Source: an uncultured Oscillospiraceae bacterium (GTDB lineage Bacteria > Bacillota > Clostridia > Oscillospirales > Ruminococcaceae). From it: a DNA stretch of 24,000 nt. Location of the stretch: contig CAUDDP010000016.1 of the NCBI GenBank assembly GCA_958448395.1, positions 9,741 through 33,740 of the forward strand, read 5' to 3'. Position numbers and translations under genes: made by a program. Numbering within the stretch: the stretch's first letter is position 1; each line of letters starts with the position of its first letter. Positions 1-7,993 of this stretch are shown piece after piece. Under the pieces are notes generated by a model. The model searched no databases. It was not told where the DNA came from and saw nothing but the letters and a program-made list of their open reading frames with translations.

Positions 1-1
1 C

Positions 2-1372
2 TATTTGGCAATGGGCATTGTATATGCAATGTATTCACCCGTTCCGCAGCGGTTTAAAAATTATATTGCAACGCCAAAGGCAAATGGATATCGTTCGATT
101 CATTTGACCATGATGGACAAAATGGGTGTTACGTTTGAGGTACAAATCCGAACACATGAAATGCATCTTGCTGCGGAATATGGAATCGCAGCACATTGGA
201 AGTATAAGCTTGGAGAAGAAGGCGGCAGACGAATGGAAGAATGGCTTGCATGGGCACGCAAGCTGATTGAAGAGCAGAAAACTGCGGATGACATGGAGGA
301 ATTCGTTCGCAATCTGAAAAATGATACCAAGCAGGATATTGTAGTGATTACACCAAAGGGAGAATCCATCTTTCTGCCAAGGGGTGCCACCCCAATTGAT
401 TTTGCCTATCGGATTCATACAGAAATCGGACACGGAATGATTGGTGCTAAAGTCAATAATCGTCATGTTCCGTTGGATACGCCATTGGAAAGCGGACAAA
501 TTTGTCAGATTGAATGTTCTAAAGATCCCCAAAAAGGGCCAAGTCGTTTTTGGCTGAGTATTGTAAAAACAAATGAGGCAAAATCAAAAATTCGTTCTTG
601 GTTTAAAAAAGAACGGCGGGCAGAGAACATCCAAGAGGGTCGGAACATGCTCGAACGAGAGATGCGTCGAAACCGGATGCGGGTGGAGAATGAAGAGGAA
701 TTGAACGAACTGCTGAAAGAGGAGTTCGGAAGATATAATTGCGAAACGCTGGATGACTTCTTTGCATCAATCGGTTACTATGGCATTTCCATTCCTAATA
801 TTATGCCGAGAATAAAAGACCGTTACGATAAATTGTATAAAAAACCAGAAGAATCGTTGCCAGAAACACCAAAACAGTCAGTACATCCGCTGAAAGCAGA
901 GCAGGATGCTATCATATTGGATCAGATTGATCATTGCCCATGTCGGCTTGCACGCTGCTGCAATCCTGTTCCGGGAGATGAGATCATTGGATTTGTAACC
1001 AGAGGCGGACACGGTGTTTCCATTCATACCAAAACCTGTGCCAACTATCAACGGGATTTGGCAACAAAGGATCCGGAACGGATTGGCAGATGGATCAAAG
1101 CAAAATGGAAAAAAACAGAACGGGCATTTCCGATGATCGTTAGTCTGGATGTGCTGGCATCGGATCGTGTCGGATTGCTGTTTGATGTATCTAAAATTGT
1201 GACAGAGTCACATATTATGATTCTGCACTCCAGTTCTTATTCACTAAAAAATGGAAATGCAGTTTGTGAGGTTGCTGTGAAGGTTGGTGGAAATGAACAG
1301 CTTCGGCAATTGATGGATAAACTGAAACGGATTGATGGTGTGATTTCTGTAGAACGAACAAAGAGAAAATGA
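2..1372 (+). CDS. relA: Bifunctional (p)ppGpp synthetase/hydrolase RelA/SpoT, C-terminal portion (5' end outside window)
   Basis: The reading frame is open to the window edge. It contains the end of the synthetase domain (YIATPKANGYRSIHLT...EVQIRTHEMH...AAHWKYK), a TGS-like segment (VITPKGESIFLPRGATPIDFAYRIHTEIG) and a C-terminal ACT-like segment (LDVLASDRVGLL...). Confidence 0.9.
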   Translation, partial: YLAMGIVYAMYSPVPQRFKNYIATPKANGYRSIHLTMMDKMGVTFEVQIRTHEMHLAAEYGIAAHWKYKLGEEGGRRMEEWLAWARKLIEEQKTADDMEEFVRNLKNDTKQDIVVITPKGESIFLPRGATPIDFAYRIHTEIGHGMIGAKVNNRHVPLDTPLESGQICQIECSKDPQKGPSRFWLSIVKTNEAKSKIRSWFKKERRAENIQEGRNMLEREMRRNRMRVENEEELNELLKEEFGRYNCETLDDFFASIGYYGISIPNIMPRIKDRYDKLYKKPEESLPETPKQSVHPLKAEQDAIILDQIDHCPCRLARCCNPVPGDEIIGFVTRGGHGVSIHTKTCANYQRDLATKDPERIGRWIKAKWKKTERAFPMIVSLDVLASDRVGLLFDVSKIVTESHIMILHSSSYSLKNGNAVCEVAVKVGGNEQLRQLMDKLKRIDGVISVERTKRK

Positions 1373-1380
1373 GGTGTAGT

Positions 1381-2001
1381 ATGGCACAGATTACAAGATT
1401 GATGACGGGTCCGTTGGCAGTGAACTGTTATATCATTGCGACAGAACAAAAGAATGCTGTTGTGGTGGATGCAGGGGGCAGTGTAGAGAAGATTCTGCAA
1501 TTTCTGAAAGAAAATGATTTGCAGCTAAAGAAAATTTTGCTGACACATGGTCACTATGACCATATTGGGGGCGTTGCAGAATTGCAGGCAGCAACCGGTG
1601 CAACAGTCTATATCCACGAGGCAGATGCTCCTATGCTGTCAGATAACGTGCTGAATCTGGCACAGTGGATTGTTGGACAGTCGGTTGCTCCTGTAACAGA
1701 TTATGAAGTGTTGCAGGAGAATGATGTCATTGTACAAGAAGAATGCACATTTCATGTGCTGCATACGCCGGGGCACACGAAGGGCAGTGTTTGCTATCAG
1801 ATGGAGCATACGCTGTTTACGGGAGATACATTGTTCCGGCTTTCCCGTGGCAGAACCGATTTCCCCGGCGGCAGTGATGACGAATTGTATGCCTCTCTCC
1901 AGCGATTGAGACAGTTGGACGGAGAGTATGACGTATTGCCGGGACATAATGAAACTTCTACGCTGTCCTATGAGCGGCAGCATAACCCCAATTTAAGGTG
2001 A
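1381..2001 (+). CDS. MBL-fold metallo-hydrolase (hydroxyacylglutathione hydrolase-like)
   Basis: Carries the THGHYDHIGG metal-binding motif, later HTPGHT and a C-terminal GH. I chose the ATG at 1381, which has GAGG 6 nt upstream. The ORF track start at 1369 (ATGA overlap with the relA stop) is an alternative. Confidence 0.85.
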   Translation: MAQITRLMTGPLAVNCYIIATEQKNAVVVDAGGSVEKILQFLKENDLQLKKILLTHGHYDHIGGVAELQAATGATVYIHEADAPMLSDNVLNLAQWIVGQSVAPVTDYEVLQENDVIVQEECTFHVLHTPGHTKGSVCYQMEHTLFTGDTLFRLSRGRTDFPGGSDDELYASLQRLRQLDGEYDVLPGHNETSTLSYERQHNPNLR

Positions 2002-2005
2002 TTGC

Positions 2006-3541
2006 ATGAAGGAAACAACACAGGTAATAATACAGCCATTTCCGGTTGTATTACATGGACATGCGTTAAAGTATGAAATTGAGTGTATTTTAAAGATTTT
2101 TATTCCAGCAACCAAGTTTGCATTTTCTTATGGAGATACCGCTCCGCTCTGCGGAGCGGAACAAGGTGCGTTTTTGCAGCTGAAACAGGGAAGGCAAGAT
2201 ACGTGGTTTTTTTGTATGCTGCGATATCGGGGTGAGAATCGTCGATGTTGTACACGACTGCCAAAGTGTACACCGGAAGAGAATAAGCAAACATGTGAGT
2301 ATCAGTTCAGTCGTATGCTCTTTATGCTTTTACAGGACATTACTGGTTTGGAAGTACCGTGGGGACTGCTGACAGGCATTCGTCCGGTTCGTAAGGCATT
2401 TTCCATGATGGAGGAAAGCGGCAAATCCTTGGAAGCGGTTATGGAACGACTGCGAACCGTTTATTTGGTATCACCGGAGAAACTGGATTTGCTGCGAAGA
2501 ACCGCAGAAATACAGCTGCCGCTGCTGCGGCAGACACCCAAACAGTCAGTTGGATTTTATATTTCCATTCCATTTTGTCCAACAAGATGCAATTATTGTT
2601 CTTTTGTTTCTCATTCCATTGCACAAGCAAAGCACCTGATGCCAGATTATATTCGACTGCTTTGTAGAGAATTAGAAATTTGGGGCGATATGATACAGAA
2701 GCTGCACGTTACGGTGGATACCATTTATTTTGGCGGCGGAACACCCACCTCTATTTCAGCACAGGCGATGGAACAATTGTTGCAAACAGTCGTAGGGGTG
2801 TTTGACTTGTCACAGGTTAGAGAATTTTGCGTAGAGGCAGGCAGACCTGATACGATTACCCGTGAGAAGCTGGAGGTGCTGAAACGGTACGGAGTTGATC
2901 GAATTTCTGTGAATCCGCAGACGATGGAGGATACGGTTTTACAGCACATTGGCAGACAGCACACCTCTGCACAGATTGCAGAGGCGTTTTATCTTGCAAG
3001 AGAGATTGGTTTTTCCAATATCAATATGGACTTGATTGCCGGATTGCCACATGATACACCGGAGGGATTTCATAGAACGCTGCAAAAGGTAATTGCACTG
3101 GATCCAGATAGCATTACGGTACATACGCTTACATTAAAGCGTGCAGCAACGCTATTTTCCGACAGCCGTTCGCAAATTGCCAATCCGGTACGGGAGATGG
3201 TGCAGGACAGTATCATGTTGCTGCCACAATATGGGTATCATCCTTACTATATGTATCGGCAAAAGAACACCATTGACAATCAGGAGAATGTGGGCTATGC
3301 CAAAGTCGGAAAAGAATCTTATTATAATATGCTGATTATGGATGAGTCACAATCTATTTTTGGTGCTGGATGTGCCGCTTCTACGAAAATTGTAGAGCCA
3401 TGTGGGCGGATTACACGGATTCATAACTATAAATTTCCGTACGAGTACATCCGGCAATTTGACCAGCTGATGGAGAAAAAGCGGCAGGTATGGGAGATTT
3501 ATCAGCAGATGGAGAAGGAACAGGGGAAGAGTAGTATATGA
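2006..3541 (+). CDS. hemZ: HemZ-type oxygen-independent coproporphyrinogen dehydrogenase-like radical SAM protein
   Basis: The radical SAM motif CPTRCNYC lies about 190 aa into the protein, after a long N-terminal extension, as in HemZ rather than HemN/HemW. It is followed by a GGGTPT motif and has a HemN-like C-terminal half. relA-MBL-hemZ is a common Clostridia arrangement (from memory). Confidence 0.8.
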   Translation: MKETTQVIIQPFPVVLHGHALKYEIECILKIFIPATKFAFSYGDTAPLCGAEQGAFLQLKQGRQDTWFFCMLRYRGENRRCCTRLPKCTPEENKQTCEYQFSRMLFMLLQDITGLEVPWGLLTGIRPVRKAFSMMEESGKSLEAVMERLRTVYLVSPEKLDLLRRTAEIQLPLLRQTPKQSVGFYISIPFCPTRCNYCSFVSHSIAQAKHLMPDYIRLLCRELEIWGDMIQKLHVTVDTIYFGGGTPTSISAQAMEQLLQTVVGVFDLSQVREFCVEAGRPDTITREKLEVLKRYGVDRISVNPQTMEDTVLQHIGRQHTSAQIAEAFYLAREIGFSNINMDLIAGLPHDTPEGFHRTLQKVIALDPDSITVHTLTLKRAATLFSDSRSQIANPVREMVQDSIMLLPQYGYHPYYMYRQKNTIDNQENVGYAKVGKESYYNMLIMDESQSIFGAGCAASTKIVEPCGRITRIHNYKFPYEYIRQFDQLMEKKRQVWEIYQQMEKEQGKSSI

Positions 3542-4035
3542 CATTGGAAATCAGAACATTTCAGAAACAGGATGTACCGGAATTGGTGCAGATTTGGAAC
3601 GAGGTTGTAGAAGAAGGGATGGCATTTCCGCAAATGGCACCGTTGAATACAGAAATGGGAGCAAGATTTTTTGCAAAACAGTCTTTTACTGCTGTGGCAT
3701 ATGACACAGAGCATGGGGAGATTGTTGGGTTGTATATTTTGCATCCGAACAATGTTGGCCGCTGCGGACACATCTGTAATGCCAGCTATGCAGTCAAATC
3801 TTGTTACAGAGGACAGCATATCGGAGAACAGCTTGTGCAGCACTGTATGCAGAAAGGAAGAGAACTGGGCTTTCGGATTTTACAGTTTAATGCAGTTGTA
3901 TGCAGTAACCAAGCAGCACGGAAATTATATGAGAAACTGGGTTTTACGGAGTTGGGTACGATACCAGATGGCTTTTTGCAGAAGGATGGAACTTATTCTG
4001 ATATTATGTTATACTATATATCTCTATTATCATAA
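3538..4035 (+). CDS. GNAT family N-acetyltransferase
   Basis: 165 aa with a GNAT-like core (RGQHIGEQLVQHCMQKGRELGF...FNAV...N..A..LYEKLGF). The start overlaps the hemZ stop (ATGA), which suggests translational coupling. Confidence 0.8.
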   Translation: MTLEIRTFQKQDVPELVQIWNEVVEEGMAFPQMAPLNTEMGARFFAKQSFTAVAYDTEHGEIVGLYILHPNNVGRCGHICNASYAVKSCYRGQHIGEQLVQHCMQKGRELGFRILQFNAVVCSNQAARKLYEKLGFTELGTIPDGFLQKDGTYSDIMLYYISLLS

Positions 4036-4179
4036 TAAAATATTCATAAAATAGCTAATGATCAATAAAAACAATTGAGAATTGAAAATGAAAGATTCAC
4101 AATAGGAAAGTTCTCCATTTGCATTTTTGCAAAAAATATGGCATGATAAAAGAAATGTATCGGACAGGAGTTGACGAAC

Positions 4180-5094
4180 TTGAAACGAATTTATTTTATT
4201 TTTAATCTACATTCTGGGAAAGCGGCATTAAACAACCACATTCCAAAGATGCTGGATCAGTTTACTGCTGCTGGTTATGAAGTCACAGTCCATCCGACCC
4301 AGCAGCAGGGAGATGGGATTGCCAGTGCACAATATGCCTGTCAGCAGAAATTTGACCTGTTGGTTTGTGCCGGCGGCGATGGTACGTTGAATGAAGTGAT
4401 ACAGGGGCGTATGGTAAGCGAGTACCAACCGCCGATTGGGTATATTCCGTCTGGCTCTACCAATGATTTCGCAAGAGGCCTGCACATTCCAACTGTGCCG
4501 ATAGAAGCGGTGAAATGCATTTTGAATGGAAATATCCTTCACTGTGATATTGGAAAGTTCAATAAAAAGTATTTTATGTATGTGGCGGCTTTTGGTGCGT
4601 TCACAGAGATTTCCTACCAGACACCGCAGAATTATAAAAATGTACTTGGACATGCAGCCTATCTGCTCAACGGCATTGCACACTTGCCGACGATCAAGGC
4701 ACGACATATGAAGATTGAATATGATGGGAAAACATTGGAAAATGACTATCTCTACGGGATGGTGACCAATGCAACTTCGGTTGCAAAGCTGTTATCTCTT
4801 TCCGATGTGGAATGGGATGACGGTTTGTTTGAAGTGACATTGATTCGGAAACCGACAGATTTGGTGCAGTTTCATCAGTTGATTCTATCCCTTGCAAATT
4901 TTCAGCTGGGGGCAGAACGGCAGTATTTTGATTATTTTCGGGCTTCTCATGTAACTGTGACCAATTTGGATGAGGAAGAAGTAGCGTGGACCATCGATGG
5001 TGAGTATGGCGGCAATCAGCGTGTAAATGAGATTTCCAATTGTCAGAAGGCATTGCAGATTTTTGTACCAAAGCAGTTGCCGGATGCCAATTAA
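4180..5094 (+). CDS. Diacylglycerol kinase family lipid kinase (DagK/YegS-like)
   Basis: Shows the N-terminal (M)KRIYFIFNLHSGK and the GGDGTLNEV catalytic-domain signature. I favour the TTG at 4180, 9 nt after AGGAG (4166-4170). The track start TTG at 4171 directly abuts the SD. Confidence 0.85.
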   Translation: MKRIYFIFNLHSGKAALNNHIPKMLDQFTAAGYEVTVHPTQQQGDGIASAQYACQQKFDLLVCAGGDGTLNEVIQGRMVSEYQPPIGYIPSGSTNDFARGLHIPTVPIEAVKCILNGNILHCDIGKFNKKYFMYVAAFGAFTEISYQTPQNYKNVLGHAAYLLNGIAHLPTIKARHMKIEYDGKTLENDYLYGMVTNATSVAKLLSLSDVEWDDGLFEVTLIRKPTDLVQFHQLILSLANFQLGAERQYFDYFRASHVTVTNLDEEEVAWTIDGEYGGNQRVNEISNCQKALQIFVPKQLPDAN

Positions 5095-5142
5095 AATATT
5101 CTCTCCATTTCATATTTTTGTACAATTTTTCACAAAAAATGC

Positions 5143-5171
5143 TTGACTTTTTTTCGGCTTTGCAGTAAAAT
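5143..5171 (+). promoter_or_regulatory. Sigma-A-type promoter, TTGACT-17 nt-TAAAAT
   Basis: The -35 TTGACT is at 5143-5148 and the -10 TAAAAT at 5166-5171, with an exactly 17 nt spacer. It sits about 35 nt upstream of the DUF4190 start. Confidence 0.5.
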
Positions 5172-5206
5172 AAAAGAATAATTTTTGAGGAAAGGGGTTA
5201 TTGCAG

Positions 5207-5530
5207 ATGGAGAATACAACGTTACAGAATGGAAATGATAAAAACGGTATGGCGGTTGCCTCGTTGGTGTTGGGCATTCTTTCTATTTGCTGCTGTTGTG
5301 TTTCTTGGCTTAGTTTGATTCTGGGTGTACTGGCAATTGTTTTTGCTGTATTGGGCAGAAAGAATCCAGCAAAGAAGGGTCTCACAACAGCTGGTCTGGT
5401 AATGGGTATTATTGCAGTTGTTCTGGCAGTGGTTTCTATCATTGTTGCGAATACAGATTGGTATCAGGATGTTGTAATGCAGCAGATGATTGATATGCTT
5501 GGTGAAGAATATGCAGATATGCTGAAGTAA
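5207..5530 (+). CDS. DUF4190-like small membrane protein (two hydrophobic helices)
   Basis: About 107 aa with two long hydrophobic segments (VASLVLGILSICCCCVSWLSLILGVLAIVFAVLG and GLVMGIIAVVLAVVSIIVA) separated by a short basic loop. An SD-like AAAGGGG lies 9 nt upstream of the ATG at 5207. Confidence 0.7.
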   Translation: MENTTLQNGNDKNGMAVASLVLGILSICCCCVSWLSLILGVLAIVFAVLGRKNPAKKGLTTAGLVMGIIAVVLAVVSIIVANTDWYQDVVMQQMIDMLGEEYADMLK

Positions 5531-5547
5531 GCCAAATTGACAGCACA

Positions 5548-5587
5548 GAAAGAGACTGTTTTTGTGAGAACAGTCTCTTTCTTTTTT
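5548..5587 (+). terminator. Rho-independent terminator between the DUF4190 and DUF2752 genes
   Basis: Perfect 13-bp stem (GAAAGAGACTGTT 5548-5560 / AACAGTCTCTTTC 5569-5581) with an 8-nt loop, followed by T6 (5582-5587). Confidence 0.8.
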
Positions 5588-5603
5588 GAGAAGAGGATTG
5601 CAA

Positions 5604-6029
5604 ATGAATGCTTGTATTTCCACATGGAAACGCTATGAAAAATGGTTTTGGCTGCTTCTGCCGATTTGTGTGTCAATCATTGTGCTTTGCAGCCGAAAAG
5701 GAATATTTTATATTGTGGACAATTTCTTTCCAACCTGTATGTTTTATAATGTGACACATTTTTATTGTCCCGGCTGTGGGAACACACGTGCTGTATTGGC
5801 ATTGCTGCATGGAAACTTATTACTGGCATTGCGGAACAATGCAGCGTTTTGCTATCTGTTGGCGGTACTGGTGTTATTGTATTTGCAGAAGACGCTACAG
5901 GCATTTGGAAAACCAGTGCGTTTCTTGCCGAAAGGGGACTGGTTTCCGGTTGTATCTGTTTGTGTTTGTATGGCATACTGCCTGATACGGAATGTTGTGC
6001 CATGGATGCAGCCATTGCCGGTTGGATGA
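5604..6029 (+). CDS. DUF2752 domain membrane protein
   Basis: Has the CPGCGNTRA motif characteristic of DUF2752 plus about 4 hydrophobic segments. The ATG at 5604 has AGAGGA 6 nt upstream. Confidence 0.75.
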   Translation: MNACISTWKRYEKWFWLLLPICVSIIVLCSRKGIFYIVDNFFPTCMFYNVTHFYCPGCGNTRAVLALLHGNLLLALRNNAAFCYLLAVLVLLYLQKTLQAFGKPVRFLPKGDWFPVVSVCVCMAYCLIRNVVPWMQPLPVG

Positions 6030-6042
6030 TGGACTTTATACA

Positions 6043-6086
6043 TAAAAAATGAGGCTGCTGCACCTTTTGAATTGGTGCAACAGCCT
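6043..6086 (-). terminator. Rho-independent terminator of glgA (minus strand)
   Basis: 13-bp stem with one mismatch (6052-6064 / 6074-6086). Read on the minus strand it is followed by CATTTTTTAT (plus-strand A-run 6044-6049). It lies 39 nt downstream of the glgA stop, in the convergent gap with the DUF2752 gene. Confidence 0.65.
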
Positions 6087-6125
6087 TTGGCTATATCAAT
6101 AAAAAGTAAATAGAAAAGAATTTTT

Positions 6126-7589
6126 TTATCCCTGCATACCACGCAAAATCCAGTCATACATTCCCTGATACTGCAATGCAGAACTGCCCCATGAGAAGTC
6201 TTTTTCCATACCACGGTGAATGATGTCGTTCCAGTCTTCCCGATGGTTGAAATAGATGTTCTTTGCATAGTTGATCGTGTACAGCAAATCATCCGCATTA
6301 TAGTTGTGGAAGGTAAAACCAGTGCCACTCTTTTCAAATTCGTTATACGGCTCTACTGTATCTTTCAAACCGCCGGTTTCCCGTACGATTGGAACTGTAC
6401 CGTAGCGGAGTGAAATCAACTGTGTCAGACCGCATGGTTCAAAGCGAGACGGCACTAACATTGCATCTGCTGCTGCATAGAGTTTGTGTGCCAGCGGGTC
6501 AGAATAGAAAATGTTGGCGGAAACCCGATCTGGGAACCGTCCTTGATAGTACCGGAACATGTCTTCATAGCGGGATTCGCCTGTACCAATGATAACAAAT
6601 TGCGTAAATTCATCTGCAATGCGTTCGGTAATCCAGTCGACTAAGTCCAGACCCTTCTGGTCGGTCAGACGAGAAATGATGGCAATCATGAACTTGCCGT
6701 CATCTACAGGCAATCCAAGTTCCTGCTGTAAGGCACGCTTTGCCTCTTTCTTCTTTTCCACAGCATCCTTTGCAGTGTAGTGTACCGAGATCTTTGGATC
6801 GGTTTCCGGATTGTAAACGGAATAGTCAATTCCGTTTAGAATGCCACGAAGTGAACGAGCTCTTGCACAGAGCAGACCGTCCAGCTGTTCTCCATAATAT
6901 GGAGTTTTAATCTCTTCTGCATAGGTTTCGCTGACTGTGGTAATATAATCTGCATAAACCAGACCACCCTTGAGCATATTGGCATCCTTTTTAAATTCCA
7001 GCTTATCCGGTGTGAACATATAGCCCGGCAGATTAGTATTGTAAATAAAGTGCTTTATATCCCAAACGCCCTGGAATTTCAGATTATGGATGGTCATGAT
7101 GGATTTTGTTCCCCAATAGAAGCTGTGCGTTGCAAAGGTGCTTCTCAGGAATACTGGAATCATACCAGTCTGCCAGTCATGACAGTGGATAATATCCGGA
7201 TGGAAGCCAATGACCGGCATGGCTGCCAGAACGGCTTTGCAGAAGAAGATATAGCGTTCAATATCCCAGCGAACCGAATCTGTATAGGGTTTATCACACT
7301 TAAAGTAATATTCGTTGTCAATGAAGTAGAACGTAATTCCCTCATATTCATATTGCATGATGCCGACAAACATGTTCTCGCTTCTCTGACCATAGTCCAT
7401 ATAGAAATGATCAATATAGCGGAACTTTCCACGGTATTCCCATGGAATACAGGTATAGTTCGGCAGAATAACACGTACGTCATAATCCCCTTTATAGAGG
7501 GCTTTCGGCAGTGCACCGACAACATCGGCCAGTCCGCCGGTTTTGACGAAGGGAACACATTCAGAAGCTGCAAATAAAATATTTTTCAT
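6126..7589 (-). CDS. glgA: Glycogen (starch) synthase GlgA, ADP-glucose type
   Basis: 487 aa with the canonical N-terminus MKNILFAASECVPFVKTGGLADVVGALPKAL, a GT5-type body and the C-terminal signature PSRFEPCGLTQL. Confidence 0.95.
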   Translation of the reverse strand: MKNILFAASECVPFVKTGGLADVVGALPKALYKGDYDVRVILPNYTCIPWEYRGKFRYIDHFYMDYGQRSENMFVGIMQYEYEGITFYFIDNEYYFKCDKPYTDSVRWDIERYIFFCKAVLAAMPVIGFHPDIIHCHDWQTGMIPVFLRSTFATHSFYWGTKSIMTIHNLKFQGVWDIKHFIYNTNLPGYMFTPDKLEFKKDANMLKGGLVYADYITTVSETYAEEIKTPYYGEQLDGLLCARARSLRGILNGIDYSVYNPETDPKISVHYTAKDAVEKKKEAKRALQQELGLPVDDGKFMIAIISRLTDQKGLDLVDWITERIADEFTQFVIIGTGESRYEDMFRYYQGRFPDRVSANIFYSDPLAHKLYAAADAMLVPSRFEPCGLTQLISLRYGTVPIVRETGGLKDTVEPYNEFEKSGTGFTFHNYNADDLLYTINYAKNIYFNHREDWNDIIHRGMEKDFSWGSSALQYQGMYDWILRGMQG

Positions 7590-7629
7590 CTTGCTTGTAC
7601 AACCGTGCCTGTTTGCACGGTTTCTCCTT
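7590..7629 (-). promoter_or_regulatory. glgA translation-initiation region: SD (AAGGAG) separated from the ATG by an 8-bp hairpin
   Basis: The minus strand reads GAAGGAGA-AACCGTGC-AAACAG-GCACGGTT-GTACAAGCAAG-ATG. The only SD-like element (7624-7629) is 34 nt from the start codon, and no SD lies adjacent to the ATG. There is no alternative in-frame start before the upstream stop. Confidence 0.5.
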
Positions 7630-7710
7630 CCGTATCAAAATGCTGCAATCCTACCGGAGTGCAGGGCGTTGACAGCGGCAACCAATGGCTGGTTTGCAGC
7701 TGCTAAAAAT

Positions 7711-7739
7711 ATTATACAATATTTTTTCAAAATCGTCAA
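7711..7739 (-). promoter_or_regulatory. Sigma-A-type promoter for glgA, TTGACG-17 nt-TATAAT
   Basis: On the minus strand the -35 TTGACG is the reverse complement of 7734-7739 and the -10 TATAAT is the reverse complement of 7711-7716, with a 17 nt spacer. This implies a leader of about 115 nt. Confidence 0.55.
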
Positions 7740-7935
7740 GTGAAATTTGTAGGGAAACTATAAAAAACACACAAAATAAAATGGGGAATCGGATAAAATA
7801 TTGTGGAAATCGTTTGCAATGTACATCTTATTTTAAAGTTATGTGAGTAAAATAGACTTCTTTTCGGGAATGTGTCATCTATTCTGTAATCTTTTTGAAG
7901 ATAGGAAAAATTTTTGTGAAATACAGAAAAAATGG

Positions 7936-7964
7936 TTTCCAATGGGGCAAAGATATGGTATAAT
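7936..7964 (+). promoter_or_regulatory. Extended -10 promoter for the phoH operon (TTTCCA-17 nt-TGgTATAAT)
   Basis: TATAAT is at 7959-7964, preceded by a TGn extension (7956-7958). The -35 TTTCCA at 7936-7941 is weak. The promoter is about 30 nt upstream of the phoH start. Confidence 0.45.
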
Positions 7965-7993
7965 AAAAAAGAGCATAATAGAAAGGAGACTGC

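Noticed and set aside
35-532. Long antisense or alternate-frame ORFs inside well-supported genes: 35-532(-), 4228-4707(-), 5852-6337(-), 7050-7577(+), 9150-9677(-), 9529-10026(-), 11900-12337(-), 13880-14419(-), 19996-20487(-) and others.
   Set aside because: Each lies wholly within a gene that has clear family motifs on the opposite strand or in another frame. They lack RBSs and have odd composition rich in Cys, His and Arg. They are typical shadow ORFs.
4118-4147. Candidate promoter (TTGCAT-17-CATGAT) and a TTTGCA-TTTT-TGCAAA palindrome upstream of the DagK-family gene.
   Set aside because: The -10 matches only 4 of 6 positions, and several equally weak alternatives exist in this AT-rich spacer. 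This is not enough support to annotate.
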